Assembly: GCA_036172245.1 (NCBI GenBank)
Contig: JAYWIR010000031.1
Location: 372,001-436,000 of the forward strand
Direction of reading: 5' to 3'
Length of the DNA: 64,000 bases
Source of the DNA: Raillietiella orientalis
Lineage: Eukaryota
Every line of letters starts with the position of its first letter. The first letter of the stretch is position 1. Both the position numbers and the translations under genes were made by a program. The notes under the pieces are model-generated. The model was not told the DNA's origin. It saw nothing but the letters and a program-made list of their open reading frames with translations, and made no database searches. This document shows positions 59,494 through 64,000 of the stretch, piece by piece.

Positions 59494-61586
59494 TCAAATA
59501 AGAAACTTAGAGTTTTGGTGGATATGAGGAAGACGCAAGTACACATCTGTACCAATTCCTTGCATGGAGTACAGTTGCAAACTTCCTCCCAGGTATTCAG
59601 CAAATGCTCGTGAAGAAGGTAATCCAAATCCATACCTTTAAGATCAATTTATGATAACAATTGTTTAAATCGTTAGCATCAATGTATTACCCATGCATTT
59701 TAAGATCAGAAGGGCTCTCAATGAAATCACATAAAAGACCTCTATCCTGACCTGTTCTTTGTTTTGAAGTAGAAAAATTATATTTCATGACTTCATTTAT
59801 CAAATCGTGACCAATTCCTCCTCCTCTATCAGAAATTCTGATTCACGTTAAAATGAAATACATGTATATATATATATATATATATAAAAGTGTACACAAA
59901 TACCTGACAACAAAGTCAGTATTATTATTGGCTACTGTGACAAACACATCTGGTATTGTATTTCCGTGAGCCTGGACAGAGTGTTCCATGGTTGCACTAA
60001 TGCTTAATTAATCATGTATGAAAACAATGCTTCTTTACCTAGCTGCATTCTTCAATAATTCAGGAATAATATAATCTAATGGAATATCGATGTAAGGGAA
60101 AATGGCATTTATATGTCCTGAAAGCTTAAATGCAGGTGCTTTTCCATAGCACTGAATGCATTGATCATAAACAAAGTTACACCATTTACTCACTAAATCA
60201 TGTATCTTGAAAGATACATTAATAATACCTACACGATCGGGCTATCAACAAAATGAGTGAAATTTGTTGTATAATCTCACCAATTGTTCTTTCAGCCATG
60301 TATGATGCAGTACTAGCATACGCATACCTAAACGGGATGATAATACATTGTCCAAGAAATCTGACAAGATCTTTTCTTCCTGAAAATATTGATAGAAAAC
60401 TATGTTCACTGCAACTTCTACTACCTTTAGATGTTTTTTGCTCTGACGAAATCCATCAGCAAGTTGAAACACAACATCTTTATGATCATCCAAGAAATCT
60501 TGCAATATTCTTTGAAATTTCACCTCATCTTCGTTATTTTGTATTGGAGGAAAATCATTGATATTATGAAATGTTCGTATGTACAAATCATGGACGAATG
60601 AAATTGAAGGATGGCAACCAACGATAAAAGGTAGCAAGCGAAATGCTTCTACTTGATGAGCGATACGAACTGGTAGCTCATGATGAAGATACTGAGCACT
60701 TCTCTAAAACTGCTTTTAACCATGAAAAGAAAAAACAAAGTTGTATTCAACTGACCAAAATATGAGTTTCATCTGCACTTCTTCCTGAATAAAGGACAGC
60801 TGATGGGGTAAGCCGCACAGATGACTGCAATTGTTAAGCATTTATGAGTGTTCAAATATGAGTACATGTGAAGATCTTCTAATAAAAAAATTTTGAAACA
60901 AGTAAACAAAAAAGCTTCAAAATAAGCTGACAAATAGTAACTTTTTTAGAACAGAGAAATGCATACAAAAACAACAGAGAGTTTTAAAAGGATTGAGTTT
61001 TTCAAAAATCGAATCCTCCGAAGATTTACATGTATGCAGATACATGCATCTTACGCTTACTATTTGTGCATATGTACATACAGAATGAACAGTTTTGAAA
61101 GTATGCTAAATCCTAAAGTAGCGCAAATAAATATTAGACACAAGCTACATCTATATTCCTAAAATATTTGCTTTATTTATGTTCCTGAATTCAACAAGGG
61201 CATAAAAATGAAAAAAGCTCCAAGTATTTTTTTATCGATGCAATTTGATTCTTTGTGCTGACCATGCATGCGCACACGCGTTAAAATATTTATGCAGCTT
61301 TCAATTGTACGTATTTTCAAACAGTTACATAGACTATTCACTAATGTAATACTGTGCGAAGTTTCTAAATACTGAAATGTATTACGATAAATTCAATACT
61401 CAAAGACATCATTAAACCTACTTTTGCTATGGCTGCATCAATTGCCGTATGATTATGATACGTTGTAACTGAATTTCTTGAATGCTGCCCAGAAAACATG
61501 CTGGATAAAGTTAATAAAAGTTTTCGGATGTCTAGTAATCCGGGTGTTTTACTAATTGCATTAGGTAATTTCGTGTGGCAAAACAT
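59494..61586 (-). CDS. BCKDK: Branched-chain alpha-ketoacid dehydrogenase kinase, 8 exons
   Basis: Exons 61586-61422, 60824-60756, 60703-60425, 60379-60281, 60241-60039, 59996-59904, 59837-59691, 59635-59494 splice to ...[23 protein letters not shown]...ELPVRIAH...LPFIVGCHP...LDDHKDVV...SRLGMRML...[13 protein letters not shown]...ISDRGGGI...[18 protein letters not shown]...[10 protein letters not shown]. An alternative ATG lies at 61616. Confidence 0.95.
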
Positions 61587-64000
61587 AGATCTTGATTGGT
61601 ATATGAAACAGCACATCAAATTATGACGGTATTCCAGAAAACATGATTCACGGCAAGAAATCTTACAAAAATTCGAATTTAACAATCGCGAATTAGCTTT
61701 TCGTAGACGTCGAGATTCTGACGCACATAAAATGTATCAGCTTTGTGTTCTGAGGTCACTTGAATTTATGTGCTTTACATTGCAGCTTATGGGATTATTT
61801 TCAATAAACAGGGATACCACAGTTATCCATTCACTAATTGTCGAAGTTGATAAACTAATCAGAATAAAGGTATATAAGCAACATCACAACCTCGTTCAAG
61901 CGTGCTTAAATTCAATGTTAAACCCCAACATGAACTGATCACTATAAATTTTGCACAGATAGATATAGTGTGTATTACTTTTACGATTACATGCTTTTGG
62001 TTTCGTTCAAAACACACTCTTTATTAGGATTATTATCAGGTTTTGGAATAAATTCAATTGGATTATACATTTGTTTTTGAAGCTATTTTTCCCAGTCGAC
62101 ATCGAATCCATTTTCACTAAAAACTGACGAAAGTTAAAAGTTGTTTTACAGTAATATTAATTGAATAATTTGAAATAAATACGAAAATGCCGACCAAATC
62201 AACCCTCCAACCATTCCATCTTTCCAGTTTATGCAAATGATGAAATCATTTATTTTCAATAAATTGACAGATGTAAAAGTTCGTTTATTCGTTAAAACAG
62301 TTATGCTGGATGCTTTCCTCCTTCAAAAAAATGCAGAACTGTTTTCTAGACTGCTTGCATCTCATCTCAAAGAGCCTATTCTCTATTAACTTTGCTTCCG
62401 AATTTGCGATGAGTGATTCATGACACGTTCTAACCACAAAAAGCATCCAAACTGAAAATCCGTCCCAACAACATTCATATGCAAAACACTTAACCATGCT
62501 ATTAGCTGTAGGGAACATAGCAACACTTATTGCAAAATGCCTGTCATTGTACTTGTTGTACTGTAATGTAAAGAAAAATGCACATTGTGAGTATGAAAAT
62601 ATTATGGAAACACGTCATCCACTGAACAACCATATCCGTTCTCAGGACTATACTTGGTCCAGAGGAACGACGATGCCACAATCTCACAGCTTGCAAAGCT
62701 CAAACTTATAATGCAATGTAACAATTGATGCACGATTCTCGTCACAGCATGTCCGAGTGCCAGTACATTGTCTACGCTGTTATACATACTTTGCAAATTT
62801 CAATCTCATCTCCAAATAATTTTTTTTTAATTAATTTATCAGTACTATAGGTAATTACACTACATTAAGCATAGAACTCATCAGATTAAATAATTCTGTA
62901 GTTACTTTGTATTTTCTAAAACTATCTAGCCTTCATTTCGGATCCAAACCCGCAAATTGAAGCTAGGTTGTTTCAGAAGACACCAGTCTTCCAGCTTTTG
63001 GAAATGAAAGTCGCTGAATTTTTTTTCCTATAATTTTGAACTATCCTCCAACGTTTGGATGTAAGCTCTTTTAGGAATGCGATTGAGCATTAGTAAAGTT
63101 TCGATTCTCTGTGCAGTGTGTTTACAATTAGGTTGTAATTCTTCTATTTGATATTTATAGCAACGCTATGTGTACACATCTTTTTTCGATGGCCACTATA
63201 GTGAGTTCAGAAAAGTTTGTATAACGCACATATACTCAAGAAATTAGGTCTAAACGGTTCTCACTAAACTGACATATTGCTATCGTGTATTCAAGAGTTA
63301 CACAGACCGAATTAAAGCTTGAAACCTGACAAAATATGAATTCGAAGGTTATCAGTTTTGTCAACATTTCTCAAATTTTGCAATGCATTTACCGAAACAT
63401 TTTGAAGGATATGTCTGTGCTTATTTTTATGAGATTTCATTTTCAAAGAGTGTAAATGTCCAATGGCTACTGTTTTATTCAGCAAAACTGTTTAAAATCA
63501 GGTTAATAATTGTGGAATTATTAAAATAAATAATTTAAATTAAAAAATTAAGTTAGTACTACAGTGTTTCCTTTTCCTTTAAATCTAAATCAAGTAAATC
63601 AGTCAAGTAAAACTTGGTATCTAGAAACAAGACGCTGTGGTGTTTTTAAATTTTATTACTGCCATCGGGACAGTTTATTCAACACAATGAAAGCTTTTGA
63701 AATTTACAATGCAAATAAAATACTTTACATTATGTATGCAATTTCCCAAAGCGGGAAAAAAAATAAAGTTGCAATAATGAACGACATAGAACGAAAAGTA
63801 GAAATCGCGTATTAGAATGGGATGCTGAAACATGGAAAAGCTGAGACATGGAAGATAAAAATAACGCATGCTCGTGTGATAGTATCATGAAAAACACAGC
63901 TCAATTTTGTATCGAGTCATTTATATACGGGCCAAAGCTCTCCATCATAAGGTAGTAAATAGAATGTTCGGGTCGCTCTTTCATTAGTGTTGGTTTCGCA

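Larger units (their letters stand above)
49233..60137 (+). repeat. Segmental duplication, copy 2 (direct repeat of 13978-24881)
   Basis: See copy 1. Confidence 0.98.

Noticed and set aside
1..64000. CRISPR arrays, rRNA, tRNA or snRNA genes
   Set aside because: No regularly spaced repeats or recognisable structural RNA seen by eye; only (AT)n microsatellites (~24610, ~49190, ~59865) and A/T-rich retroelement tails (~27474, ~31085, ~32070).
61700..64000. Short ORFs in the AT-rich right end
   Set aside because: No recognisable homology or coherent exon chain; treated as intergenic.

Overview
Eukaryotic (invertebrate animal, probably ecdysozoan) genomic DNA with very short GT-AG introns. Three conserved genes are recognisable: USO1/p115 (+), CENPJ/SAS-4 (-) and BCKDK (-). 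A 10.9-kb block (13978-24881) recurs almost identically at 49233-60137, leaving two intact SAS-4 copies plus truncated USO1 and BCKDK copies. The first ~10 kb and the 24-kb spacer between the duplicates are packed with decayed material: Tx1/L1-like and NeSL/Utopia-like LINEs, a Tigger/pogo transposon and a histone H2B pseudogene. Two things stand out. (i) About a dozen mutually divergent, intronless, frameshifted Argonaute fragments lie on both strands, one nearly full length and one bracketed by an inverted repeat. (ii) A ~1.7-kb decayed insert of bacterial, Mollicute (Spiroplasma/Entomoplasmatales)-like DNA carries a thymidine phosphorylase joined to a lipoprotein-like fragment. A TIR-flanked GC-rich orphan pseudogene and a possible endogenous viral fragment are also present. 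All family assignments come from manual translation and remembered motifs; no searches were run, and pseudogene boundaries are approximate.
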